Below are positions 1 through 9,971 of a stretch of 20,000 bases of DNA, one piece after another. The DNA comes from Patellaria atrata CBS 101060. Its lineage: Eukaryota. The DNA lies in the NCBI GenBank assembly GCA_010093705.1, contig MU006101.1:522228-542227 (forward strand). Reading direction: 5' to 3'. The position numbers and the translations under genes are program-made. Every line of letters starts with the position of its first letter. The first letter of the stretch is position 1. The notes beneath the pieces were generated by a model. That model was not told where the DNA came from, searched no databases, and saw only the letters and a list, made by a program, of their open reading frames with translations.

Positions 1-2
1 CA

Positions 3-227
3 GGTGCGCTTAACGATTCGGTGATGATGATGATGCCGCCGATGAAGAGGCAGAATACGGTCGGTGTTGGGATGGAGAAGGTGGAGAGTAAGCTCCCGAT
101 GAAGAAGGGGAGGATGACGGTTGCGGGATTGGGGGGACTTGGGGATAGGGAGAATTTGACGCCGAATTTTAGTGCCAGTGTGGGTCCTGGGACGGGGAGA
201 TCTTTGAGGAGTGGGAGGAGCCCTTGA
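3..227 (+). CDS. 3' end of a gene entering from the left edge; probable C-terminal tail of a kinesin-5 (BimC-like) motor
   Basis: Frame is open from base 3 to TGA 225-227: ...PPMKRQNT...ESKLPMKKGRMTVAG...DRENLTPNFSASVGPGTGRSLRSGRSP*. This resembles, from recall, the tail of filamentous-fungal BimC proteins (PPxKRxNT..ESKLP..REN..SxG..RxLRS). Codons are G/T-ending like the 3' end of the neighbouring gene, and a T-rich 3'UTR-like tract follows. The motor domain is not in the window. Confidence 0.5.
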   Translation, partial: GALNDSVMMMMPPMKRQNTVGVGMEKVESKLPMKKGRMTVAGLGGLGDRENLTPNFSASVGPGTGRSLRSGRSP

Positions 228-773
228 GTATGGTTCTATCCCCTTTGCTGAGATGAGATTGTTGTGTGCTTTTGGTGTTTGTGGTTCATCTATTGCTACC
301 TTATTGATCGGTGAGGGTTTGGTCGGCGCAGTTTTATACCTTATTTGTACTTGGTTTTGAGCGTGGGATGTATTTCCTCTTTGTCTTTATGGAGTGTCTT
401 AGCACAATATATTTTGTTCTATTTCAACTCCGTTACTTCTCGAGTGGGATGGACAAGGAGCGTACCTTCCATGGTATCATTCGAAGCTAACTCAACTAAC
501 ACCTCCAAAGATCTCGCAATGTCGTTTTACTGGATCAATATCCACTGGCACTTATATGAACTAAAGCCGAGAAGTCTCGATGGGATCCGTTGACAGCTTT
601 GACAGCATCTGTTACATTTGTCACAGCCCAGCGTTTACATCCACTGCAGCGGAAAATACATGTAATGTAGAGCCATAAGTACCTACCGGCTCCTTTTGTC
701 TTTGCTGTACAATACCTGAGGCCCTCCAAACTCGCACAGCTCCCCGCAAGCTATTCCCAGTGTACTCACCAAG

Positions 774-889
774 CTGCCGTACTGTACTGTGCCGTACTGT
801 GCTGTACTGTGCTGTACTGTGCTGTACTGTGCTGTACTGTGCTGTACTGTGCTGTGCTGTGTGCTGTACTGTGCTGTGCTGTACTGTAC
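774..889. repeat. Microsatellite (GCTGTACTGT)n, built from RCTGT pentamers
   Basis: Five perfect GCTGTACTGT units at 801-850, flanked by degenerate units (GCCGTACTGT, GCTGTGCTGT). Confidence 0.95.
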
Positions 890-1539
890 CTGTTCATGTG
901 CACGCTCAGCATATCCATCAACCTGAGTCCTGCAAATAACAACTTTCAGATTCACTAATAAATGCCATCAGTTCCCAAATCCATGGCGGGGTACTCGGCA
1001 GCGCCTTTCGACCCACCAATCGATAAGCTCCTTTACCCACGTTGGCAGGAGACACAGAAGCAGAAGCTTCCCTGCTCCTGCACATCAGACGGGAGAATGC
1101 TTAACGGCATCCGTCCATCGAATATAAACCTTTGTATCTCCGCATCTCGGTGATTTTCAGGCACGGGTAGTGAAGATGCGATATCATTTGCCCGCCCGTC
1201 CATGTCCGTATAGCTGTGTGTACATAACGAAATAGATGAAGCTCACGCCATGCTACATAGCATATACAAGGTCTTCCGCGATTGTTGAGCAATTCTCTGT
1301 ATAGCGGAAAGCCCATCACAACCCCATTTACCCCAAGAAGCTAGCACCGGCTTTCCAGGTCCCTAGATAAGCCAACCCGGGTCTTGGCTATGATGCAGTG
1401 GATTTGAACTGCGGAAGCTCCCCTGTAGCTCTAGCTTCGAGAGCTCTTATCGTCCCATGTTGCGCAGTGAGCCCTTGTTTTTGGATCATTTTGCTTCGCC
1501 AGTCCGGCTGAAGGAGCTGGGAGAAGAAGAGCCTGCAAG

Positions 1540-1545
1540 TATAAA
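1540..1545 (+). promoter_or_regulatory. Candidate TATA box of the GDPD gene
   Basis: TATAAA about 210 nt upstream of ATG 1749, followed by a pyrimidine-rich tract (1581-1600). Based on position and consensus only. Confidence 0.35.
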
Positions 1546-1748
1546 GGTAGCTATGAGTCCGTCATGCAGGCCTCCTGGAGCTTCTCTTTTTGCCTGCCTT
1601 CGTTGTCGTGCGCTCGTGTGAGATTGCTGCGTTGCTTACCTGTTGTTCTGTTGAGCAGCCGTGTGACGGTTAACACAGCGCATTCGCTCTGTGCCTAGAC
1701 GGTGACTTCCTTGTCAAGAGCTCGGGTTCTCGGTCGAAGCTTCCAATC

Positions 1749-2985
1749 ATGGCTGTATTTTCGTTTAACCCAATTGGGGGTCTGGTGAACATGTTGGTTG
1801 CTGTGGGCTTCGTCGGTGTCGCTTCATACCCTATCCCATACAATGATTTGAGCGGAAGGGTGGAGGTACAGTCGCATCGTGGTGGTATTGGTTTGAGGAA
1901 TGAGGAGAGCCTATGGGTGAGTTCTACTTAGCAACTAAAGTTCAATTAGATGAGAAGTAGCTGATCTCTTGTCAATAGGCTTTCGCATACTCCCTTGAGA
2001 TCGGAGCAGACACCTTGGAAATGGATACAGTCTTCACTCAGGATGGAATACCAGTTATTTGGCACGATGTAAGCATGATTAAGGGCCCTCGACCTCAGTA
2101 AGGAAAGATGATCGAACAGAAACAGCATTACATCCAAGAAACGAAATGCACGGGCGAATACGTCGGTCAATACATCGCAAATCTAACCTTAGCCCAAGTC
2201 AAAACACTGGACTGCAGCGTCCCACTCCTCCCCCAATATCCTCAACAAGAGAGTGAGTCCATCCAAGTCCCTCTATTCCCACCTAACTCATACCTACCCC
2301 TCCCCCAGTTCACCTCAACACCAAAATCGCGACTCTCGAGGAGGTCCTCGAACTCATCACCTGCTACGGCGACAAAGGCGTAACAATCAACCTCGAAACC
2401 AAACTCGACCCAAACGCGCCGAACGAAACCTGGCCCTACGAGAAATACGTCACGGACCTCGTCCCGCTCCTCGCCAAGCACGGCTACGCCTCCCGCACCA
2501 CGATCCAGTCCTTCGACTGGCGCACCCTCATCGGCGTCAAAGAGACCTTCCCGGACACCGTCACCGTCGCCCTCCTGGACGACACGACGGTCGTCCCCGA
2601 CGACGCCGGCGCCTTCCCCTGGCTCGGCGGCATCGACCTCGACGCCGATTTTGGGGGTGACTGGGTCGCGGCTGCTGCGTCTATCGGCGCCGCCGTCGTG
2701 AGTCCCGTCCACGGCGTCCCGAGCAACGAGACGGTTAATACACCAGGCTATGTGCCGTTTGTGACGAGGGAGAATACCCAGGCGGCGCATGAGAGGGGGA
2801 TGAAGATGGTGCCGTGGACGGTAGATTATGAGGTTACGATTAGTAAGTTGTTTGATGATGGCGTTGATGCTATTATTAGTAATTATCCGGAGAGAGTGTT
2901 TGCGGTGGGTAGGCAGAGGGGGTTGAGTGTGGGGAGGGCGAGGAATCCGAGTAGGCCGGAGTGCTTGGTTAATGCGTCTGGGTGA
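1749..2985 (+). CDS. Secreted glycerophosphodiester phosphodiesterase (GDPD / PLC-like phosphodiesterase TIM barrel), about 353 aa, 4 exons: 1749-1916, 1979-2068, 2126-2252, 2309-2985
   Basis: Splicing at GTGAGT/GTAAGC/GTGAGT donors and TAG/CAG/CAG acceptors gives an uninterrupted 1062-nt frame. GDPD motifs: QSHRGGxGxRNEESLWAF, GADTLEMDTVFTQDGIPVIWHD, LTLAQVKTLD, IATLEEVL, INLETK, IQSFDW, VPWTVD, GVDAIISNYP. The N-terminus is hydrophobic and signal-peptide-like. Confidence 0.93.
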
Positions 2986-3681
2986 GAGGGTGGGAGGGTG
3001 TATATAGCTGAAAGGGATGGTAATGTGTCATGAGTAACGTATATGTTTAAGCATCTGTACATAGGTATCGAGGTATATGGGAATAGTTGAACGGGTTTGG
3101 TAAACCCGCCTTGGTGGTAATGAGAAGTATGATATCTTACTCCATGTCGCATAACCTGCTATCTCCTTCCCCTAAATCAAACTTTTCACCTATTCCTTAG
3201 GCATAAACCAAATATCATTCCTCCGCTTACCTCCACTCCACTCTCTCCATATCCCGTCACCCTCTTGCGCCTCCTTTAAGCTAGACGTAATGACCGTATC
3301 CCTTCCCCCCACTCTAGAAGAAAAGAAAAAAATCACACGTATTCCCGCGTCTAACTCACCGCTCCCCTCCAACCTGTCCATTTAATCCCCCCCCTCCCTC
3401 CTCTCTTCTCCCAGCAGTATCCTCCAAACAGTTTAACTACAGGACAACCGAAATGACCGATTGTGGAGAAGAGACTCCAATCTCTCGTGTGATCGATTCT
3501 GTGTCCGGGAACGACTTTTGGACGAAAGCTTTCTACATTGTGCTAGGGTTTGGGGTTTGGGGGTTGGTGGTCTTCGAAAGTAAGAAGGATAGATTGGTAC
3601 GGTAAACCGTGTCGGACGTCAGAACCCTGCGGACTCCATCGATTGCTGGATTTGGGAGTCTGCGGAGATGTGACTTGGTTT

Positions 3682-3726
3682 GGGGGGGGGGGGGGGGTTT
3701 GTTTTGGGGGGGGGGGGGGGGGGGGG
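3682..3726. repeat. Two poly-G tracts (G16 at 3682-3697, G21 at 3706-3726)
   Basis: Directly visible homopolymers separated by TTTGTTTT. Confidence 0.95.
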
Positions 3727-4961
3727 AAGTGCTAAAGTGTAAAAGAGGGGCTCCTTTTTTTTTCTTTTAGAGAGGTGATGATGGGAGGGTGAAGTGGTGA
3801 TAAGGAGGATAGAGTGCAGTAGTGATGATCCTCAGCGATATTTAAAGGGGGAATGGCCACTGGGGTGAAAGTGAAGCCTTAGGGTATGAAGACAGTGAGG
3901 ATAGTGAGGATAATTGAGGTTACTACCAATTGCGTCAATTTCCGTGTATCGCGCGGAATAGAATCAGAAGGGTAAGAGGGCTCGTGAAGGAAGCCCAGGG
4001 CGGCGGACAATAGTCTTCTTTTCCTTCCAAGTGGTTTTTCAGGGCATGTTCACTCCTTCCCGTGGTAACTGGGTAGAGTTCGTGGTGTTGGAAGGGAGGT
4101 TAAGGTTGTGCATAGTGGGGAGGGGAGGGATATACATACGCTTAATGATTGAGATGATAGAGGGTGGGTCTGTGATATTGGGCCATCAGTTGCTTCTTGT
4201 CTTGTGGATATTGCCTCACTTCAGTCATCACTCATCAGTCGCTATTAATCACACTCAGTCATCAAACTTCCCAACCGCACCCACACGACCACCCCTTTTG
4301 CCTGCTGTCCACCCATCACACTCCTCATCCACCCTCCCCTCCCCTCACCGCTCCTTCACCCCAGCTACATAACCGCTTCCTCTCATCCAATCTACTCTTC
4401 GAAAAGCAACAACAGCAACAACAGAAACGATTCCGTTTCCAGTCCTATACATATCTTTCCAATCAGATTTGGGGTTGCACAGTCCTGCGGTATAAATCAA
4501 AGATGAAAGTGTCCAATTGGGCCTGAAAAAGAAAGCGTAAGATCGGAGGAGGTCGGAGAGCCGACGTAATGAACATTTGGAAAGGGGGATAGGGAGAGAT
4601 GGTAAGAGGGGGCTTGTTTTTCTTTTTTCTGGGGGGAAAGGGGAAGGGAAGGAGAGAGCGGTGATGAAGTTTATCATTCTCCGGGTGAGGTTGATTGTCG
4701 TTATGTGTGTTTGAATAGATGGTATTGAGAGTGGAAGATACGGAGGAGATTGGCTGATTGAGTCACTAGAAGACGCATGGACAGGAATGGACATGCATGT
4801 TGGCAGAAGAACACGCGCAAATCCCAATGGGCACCGATTGTCAATATCTTCGCACTAATTCCCGAATCTGCTTGGAAGATTTTTTCTCTCTTCCCTTCCG
4901 TTGTGAGAGGTGTATAAATATGGAGTAGGGGAAGAAAAACAGCCTTATATCTCTTGTCTTG

Positions 4962-4986
4962 TGAGTTATGAGTTATGAGTTATGAG
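4962..4986. repeat. Short tandem repeat (TGAGTTA)x3.5
   Basis: TGAGTTA TGAGTTA TGAGTTA TGAG is directly visible. Confidence 0.8.
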
Positions 4987-6770
4987 ATGAGTGAACTGCA
5001 CGTCTGATACTTGCACCTACACCTGCATCTATACCTGCGACTGCACCGTCAATATAATATCACAAGTCCCATCAACGTGAATCATACCACCAGATCAAAG
5101 AGCTACAGACTTACAGCCTCTCCGATAGCACGAGGGGTCAGATATATAACTCCCCTCTTTCTCCCATAGGAATATCCTTCTCTAGTAACAGGAAAGAGAA
5201 CGAAAGTAGGGAGGGGCAAAAGTAGCTTTACACATTCAGACTTCCTTAAAGGACACAAAGACCATATCGTTTTGGGTTGGTGGATGCTTAAAGAACATAT
5301 ACGAAAATTGGGATGGGCTGGTAGTCGAGGATATGAGATTTGGGGAAGTAAAATAAAGGGATATGGGGATGTAGGGGTCGATAGTGATGGTCGGTGATGG
5401 TGATGAGGTTCCCCGGTGTTAGGAGTGGTGAGGAGTATTATCGTAAAATAATAAGTAATCGGGATATGGGGTATTAAACGAGAAGTGAACAGTGCTTCCG
5501 GGTGTCAGAGTCGGGAGGGAAATGTACTGTATAAAAGGAACCGAAGGGGACGCGGGGAGAAGTCCAGAGGGATATTTCTAAGTACGAATGCTTCCAGTCT
5601 TCTAGATATTCGGTATGTTGTTTCTTGTAGAAGAAGATAGACTGTTCATTTTGGTATTTGGAGGTCTAGAAGGAAATGCTCAAAGTGGGGGTAACATGTG
5701 GTATAGCGGCATGACTTATCATTTAAACCACCACATGCTACTTTAACCTGACTTCCTCGGGTTGACTAGTTCTCTACCATCTCCCCCTTCTAAACGTTCT
5801 CTAACGAATCCCGAAGCCAATCAATTCTGTCCCCCGAAAAAATTTTGAGGTTTAACTTCTCGTTTGGATGCTTTATGTAAAGAGAAGATAATATGGAAAT
5901 CGTCCCATTGGTTTTGGTTTTGGGTGGGCTACTGTGTTGGGGGTAAAGTTGGAGATTAGGGCCTCGAGAGGGAAGAAGAAAGGAGAGAGAGAAGGGATAT
6001 GTGGGAAGTGACCGTAGTTGAGGGTTAAGAGTTAAAGGTGCGGTGATAATATTCGGTAGCAATTTGGAGAACTGAAGAGTATCATGGTGCGAAATATGAT
6101 TAAAGGAGGATCCATAGAAAGAGGTGGCTACACCGGAGAATGGGCAGAACAAACAGCGCTGGAAAATCCAGTGCCTCTGGGTTGACGGGCGCTTACTTAC
6201 TATCTTCTAGCGTGTAGTTATTAGGAGAAGATAACTTTTCTGTCCTTCCAATTCAAGCTATCGTGGAGAATACCTAGTTGTTGGAAACTACAACTTGTGA
6301 CTCTATCACCATTCCCTTCCCTTTCTGGTCTCTCTATACTCCCTCTTCGTAAGCCACCCTTCTTCTCTAACAGATACAACGACAGCGGCAGTTCTCTATT
6401 CTCCTAGTTCTCTGAAGGGGACGAGAAAAATAGACTGTTGCTTGGTTTGAATCCCCTATGCAAAACTCTGGAATTGTCATTGCATTCCTGGCTGCCGGAG
6501 CGGGAGATAAGGCAGGCATTGAGAGTGAGGTTACGGGATTAGGGTGGAGAAGAGCAAGGAAGCAGGGCGTGACAGCTGTCTCAAGGAGGAAAGGGGTGAT
6601 GAAATACATGGGTAGGGATGATGATGAGTTTTAGGGGGATTTAATGTTGGTAGGGATTATCATCCTTAATAACAATTATAAATAAGATCAAGTAAGGGAA
6701 GAGTGTTAAGTATTTTGAGTGAGAGGAAGGGAGCTTTTCGAAAGACCAGATACGGAAAACACTCTATCAT

Positions 6771-9424
6771 AAAGTTGTTCAGGTATTGTGACGCTGATAC
6801 AAGTAATCGCAGTCTGCCCATTTTGGCTAACGCATGGATCCAAGTTTGGATGCACGGTGTTTGCAAAAATCTTAAGACAGCCGGGAGCAAACCTTACGAT
6901 CCCGGATCTGCGAGACACAGATGTACAAACCAGTAGCTTGCAGCGTAGTCCAGAAGATCCGGTTCCTGGTTGCGATTCATTTGATCCACAGCCTAGGGTC
7001 TATAAGACAGAGTATACATTTCTGAAGTAACAACTCATTGGCTGAATGCATGTTAATACTGAAGGACTGATTGAGATTATTGAACAGATATTCCTTTGCA
7101 GTCTGATGAATAAGCGCGACTTTACCTTCAATATCAATCACAGCGAAGCCTCCACACAAAGTACCAATTGAAAGTTGAAAATCCGGTGGAACATCTTGAA
7201 TGAGGGTACTAGAGAGTTCGGCGACCGTTATCAAGCGTCAAGCGCATGTAGCCTAAGCTAGAATGTCATGTGCTAGTTGCTTCGCATTCCTATTAGGATT
7301 TTCTGCGATCGTGCAAGCCATACGATTGTAGAGCGCTTCCATACTTGATGGTAGTTGGTCGATCGCGTCCTTGACATCCTTTTGAGTAATGCATTTGTTG
7401 ATCCTCTGAATAGCAAGGTAGATCCATAGAAAATTGCCTGAGGATCGTTCTAAAATGAGTGAAGTGATATTCGATTTATAGGAGGCGCTTCCAGCTACAT
7501 CATCCATTTCCTGCTCAATGAACCACCGGAAATCATCTAAGTTACTTTCCGTTCGAATATGGTCCATCTTGACAACCTCTGAAAGTTTTTGCAACGCAGA
7601 AGAGATCTCTTGAGTCTTGCGACTTGTAAGTAGTACACGAACTGGAACCGAATACGAAGATAAGTCGGATAAGAGCTTGATCAGACTCCGAAGATTGTCT
7701 GATTCATCCACTCCATCAAAGACCGAATAAAGTGGGCGTCTCAAGTTGTATGGCGAAAATGCCAGACCGATACAGCCATTGCCAAATATTTCGTACGTCT
7801 GCTGTCTTCAAGTCCGCAGCTTTTGCAGCTAGCTTCATAATTTTAGCACTCTAAGCTTGATTAACGCGTGCAACCTGGGAGGTAATAGACCACAGTAAGG
7901 TGTGCAGAGACCGCTTATGCTGGTCGCCAAATCGAATGAAAAGTATTGGCACTGTCTGCCTTCTCTAATAAGGTAATCGATGATGGAGGAGAGAACGGAC
8001 TTTCCACTGGCAGCACTGCCATGAATCCAGAGTAAGCGGGTTTCTGGATGAGTGTCTTCGAACCAGTTGATGAACGTATCATGCTTCAGTATCCATTGGC
8101 ATGTACCAGGAGCCCAGCGATCACGGAAGAAGGTATAATCTGTATCCGGCGGCTCGTAGGATGAGCATAATTCTTAAACTTGCGGTTCCTGTATTTGCTT
8201 TCTTGTTAGAGTTGCTGCGATTCCTAAGCAAATTAGTCATTTATATCGACCACAATTGGCAAACTTACCTGCATCCGGACTGGTCGGTAGTTTGTTTATT
8301 AGCGACTTAAGTACGTTGCGCACGGTGATGTAGAGGGTATCTTCTCGTCACTCGTATTTGGACATGCCGTGATGATCAGCATCAAGTGGTTTAGATAGTT
8401 CTCCAGGGTATTCAAGAACCGATGAGTCCTTTTCTAGTACCAGCTATACAGGTTAAGGTAAGGGTCTAATTGAGAGCGCGATCCCGAAGGTTTACGAGCC
8501 CTCGCACTACTTACAATCCAATCATTCTTAAAGCCCACCGAAGTAGGACGCGTTTCATAAAGGGACACAATATTAAGCTTATTTGCGATGTGTCAAAATT
8601 TCTCATTAAGCTTTTGCAGAGTATCTGAGTTTCTGGTTAACTCTGCGATGTACTGCTTAGGAGCTGCTACGAGAGAAACCTGAAGAATGCGGTTGAGGGG
8701 GTCTCTGTCACGGGTTAGACCCGATAGGTATAAGTGCCTTGAATGATCCAGCGGCTTAGTCATACTGTACTTTAACAGAACAGCATATGCTGTCTCAACA
8801 CTTTCTTTCCTTAAGTTTAAGCTTCATGTACATACAGCAATATACCTTTCAGCTCTCATCTGAGGTTGAGCCTTGACAGTCTCAGCAAGGTCGGTCCCGC
8901 GGTGGGGCGAGGAGAGAAAGATGATAGCAGAGATTGCTTTCACAATCAGCTCATAATCAGGATCATATCGTCCTTGTAAATAGCCCTGGTTGAGCATTTC
9001 AGTATGGTGTAGCGCATGGGATTAGATTCTCACCTCTTTTATAATGAGTCCACCCATTGAATGAACGACAAAGATAATAGGCTCCTGCAGTCATTCATTC
9101 ATGTCATTATGAAGTTCAATGCCCGAATATTCTCAAGTCTCAAGCTCCTACCTTTCCCATCTCAAGATTGCTAAGCTCGTCATCATGTTCGTCTTTCGCA
9201 AATTTCATTTCGAACAACGGATCTTTCGCCAATTCTAGAATGGTTATAATACTCTTGTTGCTTCCAGGACGGGGGTTCGCGTCGTAGCCAAAAGTAAGAA
9301 TCCTGGCTTGATTGATATCTGGCTCTATAGGTAAGAATTTCTGCGGCCAGAAAAGGTTCAAGTCTTTGTGCTTCGACCATGTCAAGCGACTTGTGCCACC
9401 AAGGCCATGGACAAACACAATGTT
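6771..9424 (-). pseudogene. Fungal NLR-like pseudogene: N-terminal alpha/beta-hydrolase (SesB/PGAP1-like lipase) + NACHT NTPase + winged-helix region; 5' end and C-terminal repeat domain missing
   Basis: Hydrolase motifs IVFVHGLGG..TW..FWP..ARILTFGYDA, PIIFVVHSMGGLIIKE (nucleophile elbow, exon 9084-9034), AIIFLSSPHRGTDLA, SLYET and LDADHHGMSKY. NACHT lead-in GTCQWI, Walker A LLWIHGSAASGKS (about 7997-8020), Walker B VFDGVDES, VRVLLTSR, SGNFLWIYL, LPSSMEALYNRM, VALIHQTAKEYL, LLDYAASYWFVHL and FLQTPCIQTWIHALA. Canonical introns at 9151-9085 and 9033-8986, with two more near 8510-8445 and 8270-8220. Multiple in-frame stops (e.g. TAG 7255-7253, TGA 7240-7238), frameshifts and an LTR insertion. 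Confidence 0.9.
8706..8878. mobile_element. Solo LTR (173 bp) of an LTR retrotransposon, inserted in the NLR hydrolase exon
   Basis: Begins TGTCA and ends TGACA (inverted termini, TG...CA). Flanked by a perfect 5-bp target-site duplication GTCTC (8701-8705, 8879-8883). It splits the host reading ...GTDLAET / LNRILQ... A homologous copy lies at 9692-9971. Confidence 0.92.
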
Positions 9425-9691
9425 TCCTGGCCATAAGAACATCTTTGGGAATGACATAGCAGACAAGCTGGCTAAAAAGGGACTGGGCCGCAAGCCTATG
9501 GACACTTCATTCACATCACTTAGTTCTATCAAACGAAAATGCAAGGAAAAGATCTTATCTAATTGAAAACAAAGCTGGGAAGCTAATAGTAAGAGACAAG
9601 GCAAACATTACACACGTATTTGCAAAGATCTTGTGCGGTTCTCACTCGATATACCGAAATCTAATGTCCAGAAAAGATCCAAGCAGCATAC
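9425..9691 (+). mobile_element. Fragment of a non-LTR retrotransposon (Tad1-like LINE) ORF2, RNase H C-terminal region
   Basis: Translates PGHKNIFGNDIADKLAKKG, the conserved (W)xPGHxxIxGNxxADxLAK end of RNase HI in fungal LINEs. It continues ...TSLSSIKRKCKEKILSN*KQSW...GKHY (W-to-stop at 9564-9566) and KIQAAY after a frameshift. It is antisense to the NLR and abuts it exactly at the start of IVFVHGL. Confidence 0.8.
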
Positions 9692-9971
9692 CGTCAAGGC
9701 TCAACCTCAGATGGAAGCTGAAAGGTATATTGCTACATGTACATGAAGCTTAAACTTGAGGAAAGAAAGTAAAAGAGAGTGTCAGAACAGCGTGAGCTGT
9801 TCTATTAAAGTACAATATGACTAAGCTACTGGATTATCCATGAAGCTTAAACCTAAGGAAAGAAAGTAAAAGAAACTGCCAGAACAGCGTGAGCTGTTCT
9901 ACTGAAGTATAGCATAGCTAAGCCGCTGGATCATGCAAGGCACTTATGCCTATTGGGTCTAGCCCGTGACA
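9692..9971. mobile_element. Second LTR copy (280 bp), inverted relative to 8706-8878, with an internal 97-bp tandem duplication
   Basis: Reads CGTCAAGGCTCAACCTCAGATG...GGGTCTAGCCCGTGACA, matching the reverse complement of 8706-8878 end to end (first T replaced by C). Duplicated units start at 9742 and 9839 (CATGAAGCTTAAAC...). No matching TSD (CATAC vs GTTGT). Confidence 0.9.

Noticed and set aside
1..235. Hydrophobic minus-strand frame (ATVILPFFIGSLL...FCLFIGGIIII)
   Set aside because: No start codon in frame; better explained as the antisense of the purine-rich plus-strand gene tail.
683..955. ORF with STVQHSTAQY repeats
   Set aside because: It is the translation of the GCTGTACTGT microsatellite and has no ATG start.
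2242..2790. 182-aa antisense ORF and other overlapping ORFs (2253-2660, 2484-2726)
   Set aside because: Shadows of the GC-rich GDPD exon 4.
5691..5741. Imperfect inverted repeat GTAACATGTGGT / ACCACATGCTAC
   Set aside because: Only 11 of 12 bp, no TSD and no second copy; insufficient for a MITE or RNA structure call.
6434..6579. GGGCGTGACA at 6565-6574 resembling an LTR end, with near-TSD ACTGT/GCTGT
   Set aside because: No matching inverted terminus and no internal similarity to the two LTR copies; a short match like this is expected by chance.
4031..6609. Several 80-160 aa ORFs in the intergenic stretch
   Set aside because: Low-complexity purine/pyrimidine tracts, mostly non-ATG starts, and no recognisable motifs or consistent splice pattern.
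9140..9604. 154-aa ORF that looks like a signal peptide plus lipase
   Set aside because: Chimera of antisense LINE sequence and the first surviving NLR exon, reading on into an intron; it starts at TTG.
9742..9935. Repeats with palindromic cores reminiscent of a CRISPR array
   Set aside because: Only two units, the whole 97-bp unit is duplicated with no unique spacers, it lies inside an LTR, and the context is eukaryotic.
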